Source of the DNA: Candidatus Poribacteria bacterium
GTDB taxonomy: Bacteria > Poribacteria > WGA-4E > WGA-3G
NCBI GenBank assembly: GCA_963663765.2
Contig: CAXXUA010000003.1
Location: forward strand, 384,001 to 448,000
Direction of reading: 5' to 3'
Length of the DNA: 64,000 bases
In this document: one piece after another, positions 43,983-54,439 of the stretch
How positions within the stretch are numbered: the first letter of the stretch is position 1
Layout of the letters: every line of letters starts with the position of its first letter
Position numbers and translations under genes: made by a program
Notes under the pieces: model-generated
Database searches by the model: none
The model's input: the letters and a program-made list of their open reading frames with translations, nothing else
What the model was told of the DNA's origin: nothing

Positions 43983-44401
43983 CTATTATTGGCGAAGGTA
44001 TTGTACTTAGTCTACTATAACATATCAGAATATGCAAGAAAAGATAAACTGAGGCAAGGTTATTTAGTTTTAGGCATTTTAGTCGTTTTCTGAGAAAATC
44101 GCGACCAGGAGGTCGCTCCTACCGGTGGGTTTCTTTTTCAATAATCCAAAAATTAGGAAGACTGAATAAGCCTGAAACTGGGGGGTGTGTAAAGTTTTTG
44201 CACAAACTGCTCACTCTCCATTATAGGGCGGGGTCTCTGTGCCCCGCCGAAACTGATTAAATAAGAGATTGCAGGAACAGGACACATAGGTGTTGTCAAC
44301 ATTAGGAAATATTGTTAATATCAACCATACGTTTCAGTCCCGTAGGGACGATATGTATATAGAAAAACGTGAGTTTGATAGATAGTTTTAGTTGTTACAT
44401 A

Positions 44402-44510
44402 TCATTGGAAACGGATAATTAATTTCCTTGAGTTCTTTTCGTTTGAGCGAGGGTTTTTTCTTCAGATAGGTATAAGCGATCAAGGCAGCAACTGTATTGA
44501 CTTGGAAGTT
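44402..44510 (-). pseudogene. IS982-like transposase C-terminal remnant
   Basis: NFQVNTVAALIAYTYLKKKPSL. Confidence 0.5.
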
Positions 44511-44666
44511 ATACCATTTTTATGTGATAATGTCTCATTAGCAGCGGAAATCTGGTAGGAGCGACCTCACGGTCGCGACCGGGAGGTCGCTCCTACCGAA
44601 GAGAGTAACCCCTTGCCAGTAAACAGTAGAATTCCTTAATGAGACAAGATTTATTTAAATTGGTAT
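44511..44666 (+). mobile_element. Solo 157-bp MITE
   Basis: Same unit as the 17.3-kb and 28.1-kb arrays; atacca / tggtat ends. Confidence 0.85.
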
Positions 44667-44748
44667 TAGGAGTGACTTCCAACTCACAATTGCTGAAACT
44701 AACATTTTATTAGTGGACAGACCACTGGCACTGATTCTAATATTTGCT

Positions 44749-45159
44749 TCACCAACGCCGCTGCCCAGTTGAAATTAGAACCGAGATATCACTCGTTTCA
44801 TCAAGCCATTGGTGACCGTGAGTTCCATAAATTGGCCGGGTAAAGAAAAATAATAAATCCAATACCTCTTTCCAAGTTTGACGTGTAAGTTTCCAAGTGA
44901 AATGGTTTTTGGTATTTTCTAACAAAACTACGCCAAAATCTTGATCGGAAACCTGTGCAGTTAGTCTACAACCATCAACCGGACAGATAAATGGCAAACC
45001 ATGAATTTCCAACAATGTCACATAATCCGTAGCGACATTAAGTAACATACTGTATAACTCTTCAGCCTCACTTAGATCTTTAGTTTTACGTGTAAAGGCT
45101 GGAGATATAAGTAACAACGGACAATCTATGTGTCCATCTGGTAAGAATTCAAGATACAT
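44749..45159 (-). CDS. Putative immunity protein
   Basis: GGAGG RBS directly downstream of the toxin-like gene; 136 aa. Confidence 0.55.
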   Translation of the reverse strand: MYLEFLPDGHIDCPLLLISPAFTRKTKDLSEAEELYSMLLNVATDYVTLLEIHGLPFICPVDGCRLTAQVSDQDFGVVLLENTKNHFTWKLTRQTWKEVLDLLFFFTRPIYGTHGHQWLDETSDISVLISTGQRRW

Positions 45160-45182
45160 AGAAGCCTCCTAAATCAACCGAT

Positions 45183-45794
45183 CTAAATTCCTTCAATTTC
45201 TTCACCTGAAGAATCAACATTTATCCACCTATGATTTCCAGACTTTGTATAAGGTTTATAGTTATAGTAACCGGGTTTTTTGGTTCCATCTTCGTACTCG
45301 GCTGACTTTTCGGGTCGCCATTCGCCACCATCTTCATCGTAATAACTTTTCTGACCAAATCTTGCTGGTTTATCTCTTGATGGTACACCTTCTGTGTAGG
45401 CAGGATAACCGTATGTACCGCCTGATGGAGGAGTGGGCCAAGTGCTGGTGTCTGTCATGTCTAAATTGTCCCAATCAAAATCTTCATAACCAGAAATGAT
45501 AACATCATCATCATCATCTTCATCTTCATCTTCTTGGCCATCTTCTCCATCATCTCCACCTTCTCCATCATCTTCCGGATTATCAGGTTCGGGTTCTTCA
45601 GTTCCACCACCATTTCTACCACAGTTGTCACTACTCATCTGTGCAAACCAGGCATCAACATCACCGCCAACAGCAGTTTGCACATTAAAACCATCAAAAT
45701 CAAAAGCATAAATAACACCCGCACCAAAACAGAAGTGCTATAAGCACGGTGCCGACTACGTTTGGTTGACTAAGAAAATTTTTAAAAAATCCAT
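45183..45794 (-). CDS. Secreted polymorphic-toxin-like protein (Ntox37-like C-terminus), 5' frameshifts
   Basis: AAGGAG RBS; signal-like MDFLKNFLSQPNVVGTVLIALLFGAG after correcting two homopolymer indels; acidic linker; PSRDKP..GQKSYYD.DGGEWR....YNYKP...WINV. Confidence 0.5.
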
Positions 45795-46208
45795 TTTCTC
45801 CTTGTATTTTGATACCTATGTGAGTATCAAATGTTGATTCAACTTACACAAACATAGAAAGATTTTCCAATGCAACAACAAAAGTGCGGACACGAAAATA
45901 TCGCAAACACGAATGTCTGTGATCGTAATTTGTAATTTAAAAAAATTAACAAATGGGGTGGGGTGGACACTAACCTCCAGTTAATTGCAAAGGCAAACGT
46001 ATTGCACGTAACAATACCCGGTTCAGATAGATATCTGGTGTGGTCACTTCTGGTTAGCAATTTCATCTTCTCACAAGTATGAAAAACAGAATAAGTGGTG
46101 ACGCAGATTTTATTTCAATCTGCATTTTATTTCAATCTGCATTAACCCGTGCATAGTATAACACAAATATTATAGTAAGACACAAATATTATAGTAAGAC
46201 ACAAATAT

Positions 46209-47082
46209 GGGTGTGTAAAGTTTTTGCACAAACTGCTCATTCTCCATTGTAGGGTGGGGTCTCTGTGCCCCGCCGCATAGGTGTCAACTTAAGAAAAGTC
46301 AAGTGCTAAATACCCCATCTCGGTAGGCGTGCTTTGTAAGTGCGCCGATAAACCCAGGATTGGCAACGGTGCGCTTACAAAGCACGCCTACAGTTGGGGG
46401 TACGCTTACAAAGCACACCTGCAGGGGAGTGCGGGTGAGTGCGGGGCGCGCTTACAAAGCACGCCTGCAGGGGAGCGCGGGTGACTGCGGGGCGCGCTTA
46501 CAAAGCACGCCTGCAGGGGAGCGCGGGTGAGGGCGGGTGACTGCGGGGCGCGCTTACAAAGCACGCCTGCAGGGGAGCGCAGTTGAGGGGCGCGCTTATA
46601 AAGCACGCCTGCAAGGGAGTGCAGGGGAGTGCGGGGCGCGCTTACAAAGCACGCCTGCAGGGGAGTGCAGGGGAGTGTGGGGCGCGCTTACAAAGCACGC
46701 CTGCAGGGGAGTGCAGTTGGTAGGTGCGCTTACAAAGCACGCCATAGGCGTCAATTTAAGAAAATATTGTTGTCATTTTTCTTGTGGGAGGGTTTTTCAA
46801 CCTCGATTTGAGAGGAAAAGCGCATAAATTCGGGGTTGAAAACCCCTCCCACAATACGTGAAAATCCTTAAATTGACGCTTATGGTGCGCTTACAAAACA
46901 CCAAATCAACGGTATGAATGCCGTTTAGGCATTCCCCGCCTACCTTGAGTGAGAAAATCGGGATTTCAAGGTTTCCCTCCTACAAGAATATGAATCGCTA
47001 AGTTGACACCTATGCGGCGGGGCACAGAGTCCCGCCCTACAATGAAGAATGAGCAGTTTTGTGCAAAAAACTTTACACACCC
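46209..47082. mobile_element. Multiply nested MITE with an internal REP tandem array
   Basis: Outer TIR gggtgtgtaaagtttttgcaca; inner cataggtgtcaact TIRs; about 10 gcgcgcttacaaagcacgcc units; inner taggcgtcaatttaag element. Confidence 0.85.
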
Positions 47083-47149
47083 CAACTAAAACGAAAACTC
47101 TTGCAATAACTCACCAAATTTAGTAGAATATATTTATGCATGAGAACAA

Positions 47150-47500
47150 ATGAAACCCGTTGTTTGGGTTGGACACTCCAAAAGGAGACTTTTAGCATTT
47201 CCTCGCGAAGTACAGTGAGACGTTGGTTTTGCTCTTGAAATCGCACAAGGTCGTGAAACCCATTTTTCTGCTAAACCTTGCGTGGTTTTTCGTGTGTCTA
47301 CGAGATTGTGAGTAATTATGTTCGTGATACATATCGTAAGGTATATGTGGTCAATCTTGGAGATATATTTTATGCTACTGCACTGTTTTCAAAAGAAATC
47401 AAAAAGAGAAATCAAAACTCCAAAGAAAGAAATTGATTTAATTCGCAATCGTTTGAATTGGGTAAAAGGACTCGCTCAGAAGGAAAACGAAAATGAGTAA
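47150..47500 (+). pseudogene. RelE/HigB (Gp49-like) toxin pseudogene
   Basis: MKPVVWVGHSKRRLLAFPREVQ*DVGFAL...LHCFQKKSKREIKTPKKEIDLIRNRL. Confidence 0.7.
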
Positions 47501-47663
47501 AGAAAAAATTGAATATGAAATAGGCAGTGGTAATGTTTACAAGGATTTAGGATTCCACAATCCAGAGGCGATGCAAGCAAAAGCACATCTCGTTTTCAAG
47601 ATTCTGGATACTATAACCGAACGCAATCTTACCTTAGATAAAGCAGCTGAAATTTTACGTATT
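47493..47663 (+). pseudogene. HigA-like HTH antitoxin truncated by a MITE
   Basis: GSGNVYKDLGF.NPE....KA.L...I.ERNLT...AAEIL; MITE end caggacttacgca at 47664. Confidence 0.75.
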
Positions 47664-48577
47664 CAGGACTTACGCAGTTTTCATAATTTGATGAAGAATT
47701 ATGACGAAAATGGTGTAATTTTCAGCATATTTTCGGTTCCAGCGCGCTTACAAAGCACGCCTACCGTTGGGTGCGTAAGTCTTGTTATGTTTCCATTGAC
47801 GATCTACTACTTAAACATAAGACTACTGGGTTCTTCAGAATTGAAATTTTATTTTATGCTACAATTAACTGCCGAAAGAACCATTTAGTTCCGTAGGAAG
47901 GAAATGTTTATAGAAAATGTTTTCAACCCCAATAGAGTTCCGTAGGAATGACATAGAAGAATAAACATATCGTCCCTACGGGACTAAAGACATGGGGAGG
48001 GTATTCGTTATCTATAAACATATCGTCCCTACGGGACTAAATGGTTTTCTTGCTATGTATTTATTATATGTTTCCATTGATGATCTCCTACTTAAACGGA
48101 TGACTACTGGGTTCTTCAGCATTGGACTTTTATTTTATGCTAAAATTAATTGCCGAAAGAACCACTAAATGGTTTTCTTGCTATGTATTTATTATATGTT
48201 TCCATTGATGATCTCCTACTTAAACGGATGACTACTGGGTTCTTCAGCATTGGACTTTTATTTTATGCTAAAATTAATTGCCGAAAGAACCACTAAAGAC
48301 ATAGGGAGGGTATTCGTTATTTATAAACATATCGTCCCTACCAAATCAACGCCAAATGCGCCAAATCAAGAAATCAACGGTATGAATGCCTTTTGGCATT
48401 CCCCGGGTATGAATGCCATTAAGGCATTCCCCGTATGGCATTTGTTGGGACTAAAGAGCGATATTCAGTTTTCAATAAATTAAAATTGATGCGTAAATGT
48501 CGGTTAGGAAACCGAACCTGGGTATTAACTTTCAGTAAATCTCAAGAACAGAAAACTCTTAAAACTAAATAACCCTG
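47664..48577. mobile_element. Cluster of MITEs with a ~128-bp tandem duplication
   Basis: CAGGACTTACGCA MITE at 47664-47784; gtccctacgggac REPs; 48039-48166 repeated at 48167-48296; ISAs1-like end at 48577. Confidence 0.7.
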
Positions 48578-48674
48578 ATTAAATCATATACAGTGGAACG
48601 CAGTCAGGAGAAAACTATACTTCGCGGAAACTACATCTCAACTTCAGTAAATTGATACCCATCCACGCACAGTT

Positions 48675-49655
48675 ATGAAAACTACACCACAAATCTACCA
48701 CATCCAAACAGAACACAAAGGGAAACGGTTGGATCGGTTTCTGATGGGTGCGACTGAAGGTGTATCGCGAACCTATTTGCAGAAACTGATTCGTGATGGG
48801 ATGGTTACCGTCAACGATAAAGCCTCCAAACAACCGAGTCGGACGCTGCGCGTTGGTGACCAAGTTTGCATATCGTTTCCTGATTCCCGTCCTCTGGAAA
48901 CTCTAAAATCTGAGAATATACCGCTTGATATTCTCTATGAAGATAGCCACTTAATTGTTCTGAACAAACCTGCGGGCATGCTTGTTCATCCAGCAAGCGG
49001 TGTAAATTCAGGGACACTTGTTAACGCACTCTTGGCACACTGCAACGACCTGTCTGGTATCGGTGGTGTAGAAAGACCCGGTATTGTTCACAGGTTAGAC
49101 AAGGATACATCAGGTGTGCTGGTAGTTGCGAAAACTGACGTTGTGCATCGGGAACTGTCCGTGCAGTTTGAAAAGCATACCATCACACGTCAATATGTTG
49201 CTGTTGTGTGTAGTGTGCCTGCTGAAGTCGTAGGAACGATTGACGCACAAATTGCCCGGAGCCGTCGCGACCGAAGGCGAATGACCACAGTCAATAACAA
49301 CGGCAGACGTGCTGTCACACACTATCAGGTATTAGAGAGTTATAACAGATTTTCACTCGTTCAACTCACATTAGAGACCGGAAGACTCCATCAGATACGT
49401 GTGCATCTGCAGCACATCGGACATCCAGTTGCAGGTGATCCGATATATGGTGGTGAACAACGTGCTTTAAACGATGCCGGCGTACTTCCCGTGAAACATG
49501 CACTCATACACCTGAAACGGCAGGCATTGCATGCACGTACACTGCAATTTGAACATCCTATCACACATAAAACCTTGATGTTATCAGCACCTAAACCAGA
49601 GGATATGGAAAGACTTATTGATGCTTTGCGCACATTAACACGAACACATCTATAG
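48675..49655 (+). CDS. rluD: RluA-family pseudouridine synthase (RluD-like)
   Basis: S4 domain RLDRFL; NKPAGMLVHP; HRLDKDTSG; TGRLHQIRVH. Confidence 0.92.
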   Translation: MKTTPQIYHIQTEHKGKRLDRFLMGATEGVSRTYLQKLIRDGMVTVNDKASKQPSRTLRVGDQVCISFPDSRPLETLKSENIPLDILYEDSHLIVLNKPAGMLVHPASGVNSGTLVNALLAHCNDLSGIGGVERPGIVHRLDKDTSGVLVVAKTDVVHRELSVQFEKHTITRQYVAVVCSVPAEVVGTIDAQIARSRRDRRRMTTVNNNGRRAVTHYQVLESYNRFSLVQLTLETGRLHQIRVHLQHIGHPVAGDPIYGGEQRALNDAGVLPVKHALIHLKRQALHARTLQFEHPITHKTLMLSAPKPEDMERLIDALRTLTRTHL

Positions 49656-49665
49656 GAGAAGGCTC

Positions 49666-50652
49666 ATGGAATATGTCACATTTGGAAAAGCAGGGGTTAA
49701 GGTGAGTCCACTTGCATTAGGATTAGGATTGAGGGGACAGTCTGATGAAACCGCAGCTCAACGGTTGATTGAACACGCTATTGATTCTGGCATCAATCTC
49801 ATTGATTGTGCTAATATATATGGTCCGATGGATGATCGTGCCAATATTGGTCGGTCAGAGGTTATCCTCGGTAAAGCGATCAAAGGGAAACGAGATGATG
49901 TGGTGATTACATCCAAGGTCTGCAGCCATGTTGGACAAGGACCAAATGACTACGGATTATCACGATACCACATTATGCGGGAGATAGACCGTTCATTGAC
50001 CCGTCTCGGGACTGACCACATTGATGTCTACCTGATTCATGTGGCAGACGACACCACACCTCAAGAGGAGACGATCCGTGTGTTAGACGATCTCGTGCGT
50101 TCAGGTAAGGTGCGTTATCTTGGCTGTTGCAACCATCAGGCATGGCAGGTTTGCAAAGCACTTTGGATTGCGGATAGTAGTAACGCGACACCGTATATGT
50201 GCGTTCAAAATATGTATAACCTACTCAACAGAGACTTGGAAACCGAGATGTTCGGCTTGGTGCGTGAGGAAGGTCTTGGGGTGATGTGTTATAGTCCGTT
50301 ATCAGTCGGTTTATTGAGCGGTGCCTATTCTCCTGACGAACCACCTCCTGCTGGAACACTTTGGGCAAGACGATATAGAGACGAATTTGATCGCCGAATG
50401 CGCGGTGCTACTGGCAAAGTAATTGTTACACTGAAGAGATTGGCAGAGGAGTTAGGAAAAACCCCCGCACAACTTGCAGTGGCATGGGTGGTATCGCATC
50501 CTGAAGTCACCGTGGCTATCAGTGGCAGCGATACAATTGAACAATTGGATGACACGGTTGGCGGTGTCGGTTGGGAATTAGATGCGGCTGTTCGCGAAGA
50601 ATTGGATGAAGTGTCACGTTCGTTTGTGCGTTTGACTGCACCCCCTTTTTAG
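49666..50652 (+). CDS. Aldo/keto reductase
   Basis: IDCANIYG, SEVILG, SLTRLGTDHIDVYLIH, YSPL, TPAQLA. Confidence 0.93.
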   Translation: MEYVTFGKAGVKVSPLALGLGLRGQSDETAAQRLIEHAIDSGINLIDCANIYGPMDDRANIGRSEVILGKAIKGKRDDVVITSKVCSHVGQGPNDYGLSRYHIMREIDRSLTRLGTDHIDVYLIHVADDTTPQEETIRVLDDLVRSGKVRYLGCCNHQAWQVCKALWIADSSNATPYMCVQNMYNLLNRDLETEMFGLVREEGLGVMCYSPLSVGLLSGAYSPDEPPPAGTLWARRYRDEFDRRMRGATGKVIVTLKRLAEELGKTPAQLAVAWVVSHPEVTVAISGSDTIEQLDDTVGGVGWELDAAVREELDEVSRSFVRLTAPPF

Positions 50653-50693
50653 TGATTAGAAGTGCAATTTTATGCTTCCGACTTCAACTCAAG

Positions 50694-50897
50694 TTATATT
50701 TCCTTCCTAAGACACCGCGCGGCATATCTCAGACATGCGTGAATATCTGATCTGGTTATATGTTGGTAGTCCTCAAGAATCTCTTCTTCACTCACGTTGG
50801 ACGCGAGTAAATTTAGGATAAACTCAACCGATAAGCGAGTTCCTTTGATAATCGGTTTTCCTCCCAGAATTCTTGGATCTACGGTGATTCGTTCCAT
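50694..50897 (-). CDS. DUF433-family protein
   Basis: ITVDPRILGGKPIIKGTRLSV. Confidence 0.85.
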   Translation of the reverse strand: MERITVDPRILGGKPIIKGTRLSVEFILNLLASNVSEEEILEDYQHITRSDIHACLRYAARCLRKEI

Positions 50898-51055
50898 TTT
50901 AGATTCCTCCAATGTATTATTATACCGAATTAACGTGAGTCGTCTTGCTAAGTGTGCGGTTAGGAAACCGCACCTACCGTTGGAAAAAGATAAATTACGT
51001 TAATTTGGTATTATAGCATATTGAGCAGTATAATCGCGAATAAACTTTTTACCGA

Positions 51056-51408
51056 GGGTGTGTAAAGTTTTTGCACAGAGGTACAAACTTTTGTTCTCTT
51101 TAGTCCCGTAGGGCCGCAATGTTTATAGATAGGTGTAATCACCCTCTTCTCTTGAGTTCCATAGGAACGACATAGAAGAATAAACATATCGTCCCTACGG
51201 GACTAAAGAACTGGGAAGGGTACTTGTTTTCTATAAACATATCGTCCCTACGGGACTGAAGAATATGGTTGATATTAACAATATTTCCTTATATTGACAC
51301 CTATGGGTCACTGTACCCGCAATCTCTCATTTAATCAGTTGCGGCGGGCACAGAAATCCCGCTCTACAATGGAGAATGTGCAGTTTGTGCAAAAACTTTA
51401 CACACCCC
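51056..51408. mobile_element. MITE with gggtgtgtaaag TIRs
   Basis: TIRs as at 46209; internal REPs. Confidence 0.75.
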
Positions 51409-51413
51409 TTGAA

Positions 51414-51779
51414 CAGGGTTATTTAGTTTTAAGAATTATCAGTTGATGGGTGTTACTTAAAGTTTATATCGTAGGTCGGGTAGAGCGATAGCGAAACCTA
51501 TAGGTGTCAACTTAAGAAAATATTGTTTGCATTTTCTCTTGTAGGAGGGGTTTTCAACCCCGATTTGAGCGGAAATGCACTAAAAAATCGGGGTTGAAAA
51601 CCCCTCCCACAAGAGGTTAATATCCTTAAGTTGACACCTATAGGTAGAGCGATAGCGAAACCCGACATGACAACTACAATCAATACATGTCGGGTTTCGC
51701 TATCGCTCTACCCGACCTACGCATCTAATTCACGAATGTTATAAATATCTGCAAAAACTACTAAAACTAAATAACCCTG
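51414..51779. mobile_element. ISAs1-derived MITE with a nested element
   Basis: TIRs cagggttatttagtttt / aaaactaaataaccctg; 10-bp TSD accccttgaa. Confidence 0.88.
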
Positions 51780-51814
51780 ACCCCTTGAATTTCACTTGAT
51801 TTATTTACTAAAAT

Positions 51815-52275
51815 TTGGTATACTTGCTAAAAACGAAAGCAGATGCTTTCGGAATACTTGTATTACAAGCACCGAAATTCTATGCTTCAAGCAAAACTTG
51901 TAATCGTTGTAGACACAAGAAAGATGATTTGACGCTATCAGAGAGAACTTATCATTGCAGTCAATGCGACTATCAAATAGACAGAGACATAAATGCTGCA
52001 ATAGACCTAATACCATTTTCATGTGATAATGTCTCATTAGCAGCGGAAATCGGGTAGGAGCAACATCACGGTCGCGACCGGGAGGTCGCTCCTACCGAAG
52101 AGAGTAACCCCCTGCCAGTAAACATTAGAATTCCTTAATGAGACAAGAATTATTTGAATTGGTATAAGAACCCTCGCTGTCGGATAGACAGAGAGCATAA
52201 ACGCTTGTGGAGTCCGAATAAGACCTCACGCAGTTCAGGATAGAGGCACGAGAGACGGAAGCAGGAATCACACAG
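51815..52275 (+). pseudogene. tnpB: TnpB (IS200/IS605 or IS607) 3' remnant with right-end RNA-like region, interrupted by a 157-bp MITE at 52010-52166
   Basis: FYASSKTCNRC...LTLSERTYHCSQC..IDRDINAAIDL; downstream aacgcttgtggag...gaagcaggaa. Confidence 0.75.
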
Positions 52276-52309
52276 AGGAGAGTTATGTGTTTCAAAGAAG
52301 CACACGACT

Positions 52310-52573
52310 TTGGTTGTCGTGAGTATCACACTAGAACAAGTTATAAACCAAGACCCCGAGATTCACGGAGGTGTGCCAGTGTTTACCGGCACCCGTGTTC
52401 CTATACAGTCGATGATTGATCATCTAAAAGCGGGAGAGAGCCTTGATTACTTTCTTGAAGGATTCCCTTCTGTTTCTCGCGAGCAGGCGATCGCCTTTTT
52501 AGAATTTGCGTTGACGGAGGCAATTGGTCAAACTCCCGATAAGATCGGAAATCAACATGCGCGTACTACTTGA
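52310..52573 (+). CDS. DUF433-family antitoxin
   Basis: DPEIHGGVPVFTGTRVP...FLEGFPSVSREQA. Confidence 0.88.
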   Translation: MVVVSITLEQVINQDPEIHGGVPVFTGTRVPIQSMIDHLKAGESLDYFLEGFPSVSREQAIAFLEFALTEAIGQTPDKIGNQHARTT

Positions 52574-52889
52574 CGAAAACTTAGACTGGCGATTGGTAAG
52601 ATATTTTGATGCCGATTTCCAAGTGCCAACTGTTTCTCGGCAAGGTTGGAAAGGAACGCGAAATAGTGAACTCCTTAGGCAAGCTGCGGCAATGTTTGAT
52701 GTGTTGGTGACAATGGATAGGGGGATTGAATATCAACAGAACATCAGCAAATATGCTATCGGTGTCATTCTTATCTCTGCCAGAAGCAATCGGCTTGAGG
52801 ACATTCAACCTGCTATGCTAAGGGTGAATCAAATGCTCAGAGACGTTCAACCCGGTCAAGTCATCCATGTGACTGTCAATGTTCCATAA
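52557..52889 (+). CDS. DUF5615 PIN-like toxin
   Basis: MRVLLDENL...VLVTMDRG..YQQN; overlaps the DUF433 gene. Confidence 0.85.
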   Translation: MRVLLDENLDWRLVRYFDADFQVPTVSRQGWKGTRNSELLRQAAAMFDVLVTMDRGIEYQQNISKYAIGVILISARSNRLEDIQPAMLRVNQMLRDVQPGQVIHVTVNVP

Positions 52890-53489
52890 CCTTTGTATAG
52901 CATATATATTGGTTTTTACAATTAACTTGACACTATTGATTTGGTAGAGTGAACTCCACTTATCTGATGTTATATATGTATATATAGGGTGCTGTCTATC
53001 CGCCTGTGTTTATTTTTTTTTGGTGTATCCGTGTGGTGCTGCTGTCCAAAGCCAACGAGGCGGGTTTATCAACTATTTTAAATTCTCTTTCTTTGTCTCC
53101 CCCTACCGTTTACGCATCTCTTGTACCTTATCTACAATCAATCAAAAATAGCTGCTAACTTTGGCGGTGGTGTCGTCGGTAAGGGATGGGCGTGTGTCCG
53201 CAGGCGATGTCATCTTTGGCTGATGCTGTCGTAAAGAATGAAATAACGCGCTCAATAAGACCAGATATGTCTTATTGCTGTTCTCAATCAATATATATGG
53301 TATATAGTGAAATATACAATTAAGTTTACACTTTTTCTGTAGGAGCGATCTCCGAATCGCGACTGAACGTCTTGATAGTCGGGAATCGGAGTTCCCTCCT
53401 ACACCTGAAAGTGCTAAATATAATTCTAAAATCCACTATAATATCAGGGTTTCTACAAAAACTTTACCCACCCTATCCATATTTTGAGG

Positions 53490-53518
53490 TTGACATTTCA
53501 CACCAAAAATGGTATAAT
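53490..53518 (+). promoter_or_regulatory. Consensus sigma70 promoter
   Basis: TTGACA-17 bp-TATAAT upstream of GGAG and the TTG at 53543. Confidence 0.7.
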
Positions 53519-53542
53519 GCAATAAACGTTACGGAGCACATT

Positions 53543-54007
53543 TTGAAACAGATTAGAACCTTCTGGCAAGCCGTCCGGGACTTCTGGAGAACAGGAAAAA
53601 CAGGCGTTGCCCTATTCCTAATTTCCCTTTCCGCTCTCATATACGGAAAAGTTGCACTGGATTTTGAGACCTTACAAGGCTGGAAGGGACACCTATCCGT
53701 TCAAAATGTCGTCAAAGATATTTCAGCATTTATCCCAGTAGGTGCGGCATGCGTCGCAATGATAATCGGAGGCATAGACCTAATCATGTTACTATCAGAC
53801 TTTATTGAAGCAAGACGTGAGAAGCGCATAGCAGCGGCAGCAGCCGAAGCCAAAGCAGAAGGTATCGCTGAAGGAGAAGCGAGGGCTTATCGAAAGTTCG
53901 CAGAATGGGAACGACGGCGAAAAGAAGCGGAAGATCGGGGCGAGGCGTTCACGGAACCCCCACCGATACAACCGCAGGAGAAATCACAGGAGAATTCAAA
54001 AGAATAA
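53543..54007 (+). CDS. Hypothetical membrane protein
   Basis: Two TM segments plus a charged tail; the ORF-track extension to 53372 runs through a MITE. Confidence 0.65.
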   Translation: MKQIRTFWQAVRDFWRTGKTGVALFLISLSALIYGKVALDFETLQGWKGHLSVQNVVKDISAFIPVGAACVAMIIGGIDLIMLLSDFIEARREKRIAAAAAEAKAEGIAEGEARAYRKFAEWERRRKEAEDRGEAFTEPPPIQPQEKSQENSKE

Positions 54008-54073
54008 AGGTATCATAAAGGGGTCGTCAGTCAAATCTGCCGACCCGAAACTTTTAAGAAGGATAATATTGAT

Positions 54074-54439
54074 ATGACAGCTCAATTTGCTCACTATTGG
54101 CAAGAAGGTATAATTCTTACCGAAGAAGAACGCGAACATCAACGGAAAATAGAGCAAGCATTGAATCAAGGGGTTGTCTACACTGTTCCTGAAGGTTCAG
54201 AACTAAATGGCAATGTTCATACAAACGCTACAAAGCACGAGATAAAAATAATGATGTTCATAGAAGACGGTACACCGCTCCACATGTGGGCATTCTTTCT
54301 AAATGATGAACCCCAACCGGAAGATGATGACGAAATAGGTAAACGTTTGGCGGAACGAGAACCTTCAGAAAAAGAACCGGCTATTTTTCTTACGAGTGCT
54401 GACAAAAACGCTGCTACTTCTTGGGTATTTTTTCAGTAA
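54074..54439 (+). CDS. Hypothetical protein
   Basis: 121-aa ORF with AAGGA RBS. Confidence 0.6.
   Translation: MTAQFAHYWQEGIILTEEEREHQRKIEQALNQGVVYTVPEGSELNGNVHTNATKHEIKIMMFIEDGTPLHMWAFFLNDEPQPEDDDEIGKRLAEREPSEKEPAIFLTSADKNAATSWVFFQ

Larger units (their letters stand above)
41854..44003. mobile_element. MITE with CAATACCTTCGCCA TIRs hosting an IS1634 and a 32-bp tandem repeat
   Basis: TIRs caataccttcgcca / tggcgaaggtattg; 6-bp TSD tactta. Confidence 0.85.

Noticed and set aside
43770-44093. 32-bp repeats as CRISPR array or repeat proteins
   Set aside because: Units are directly adjacent with no spacers and lie inside a MITE
46390-46745. Repeat-spacer-like pattern (also 54780-55075)
   Set aside because: The linkers are related G-rich variants of one another, not unique spacers
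52985-53260. GC-richer intergenic stretch with a possible stem (ccgcct/aggcgg)
   Set aside because: No recognisable RNA family or ORF; support too weak
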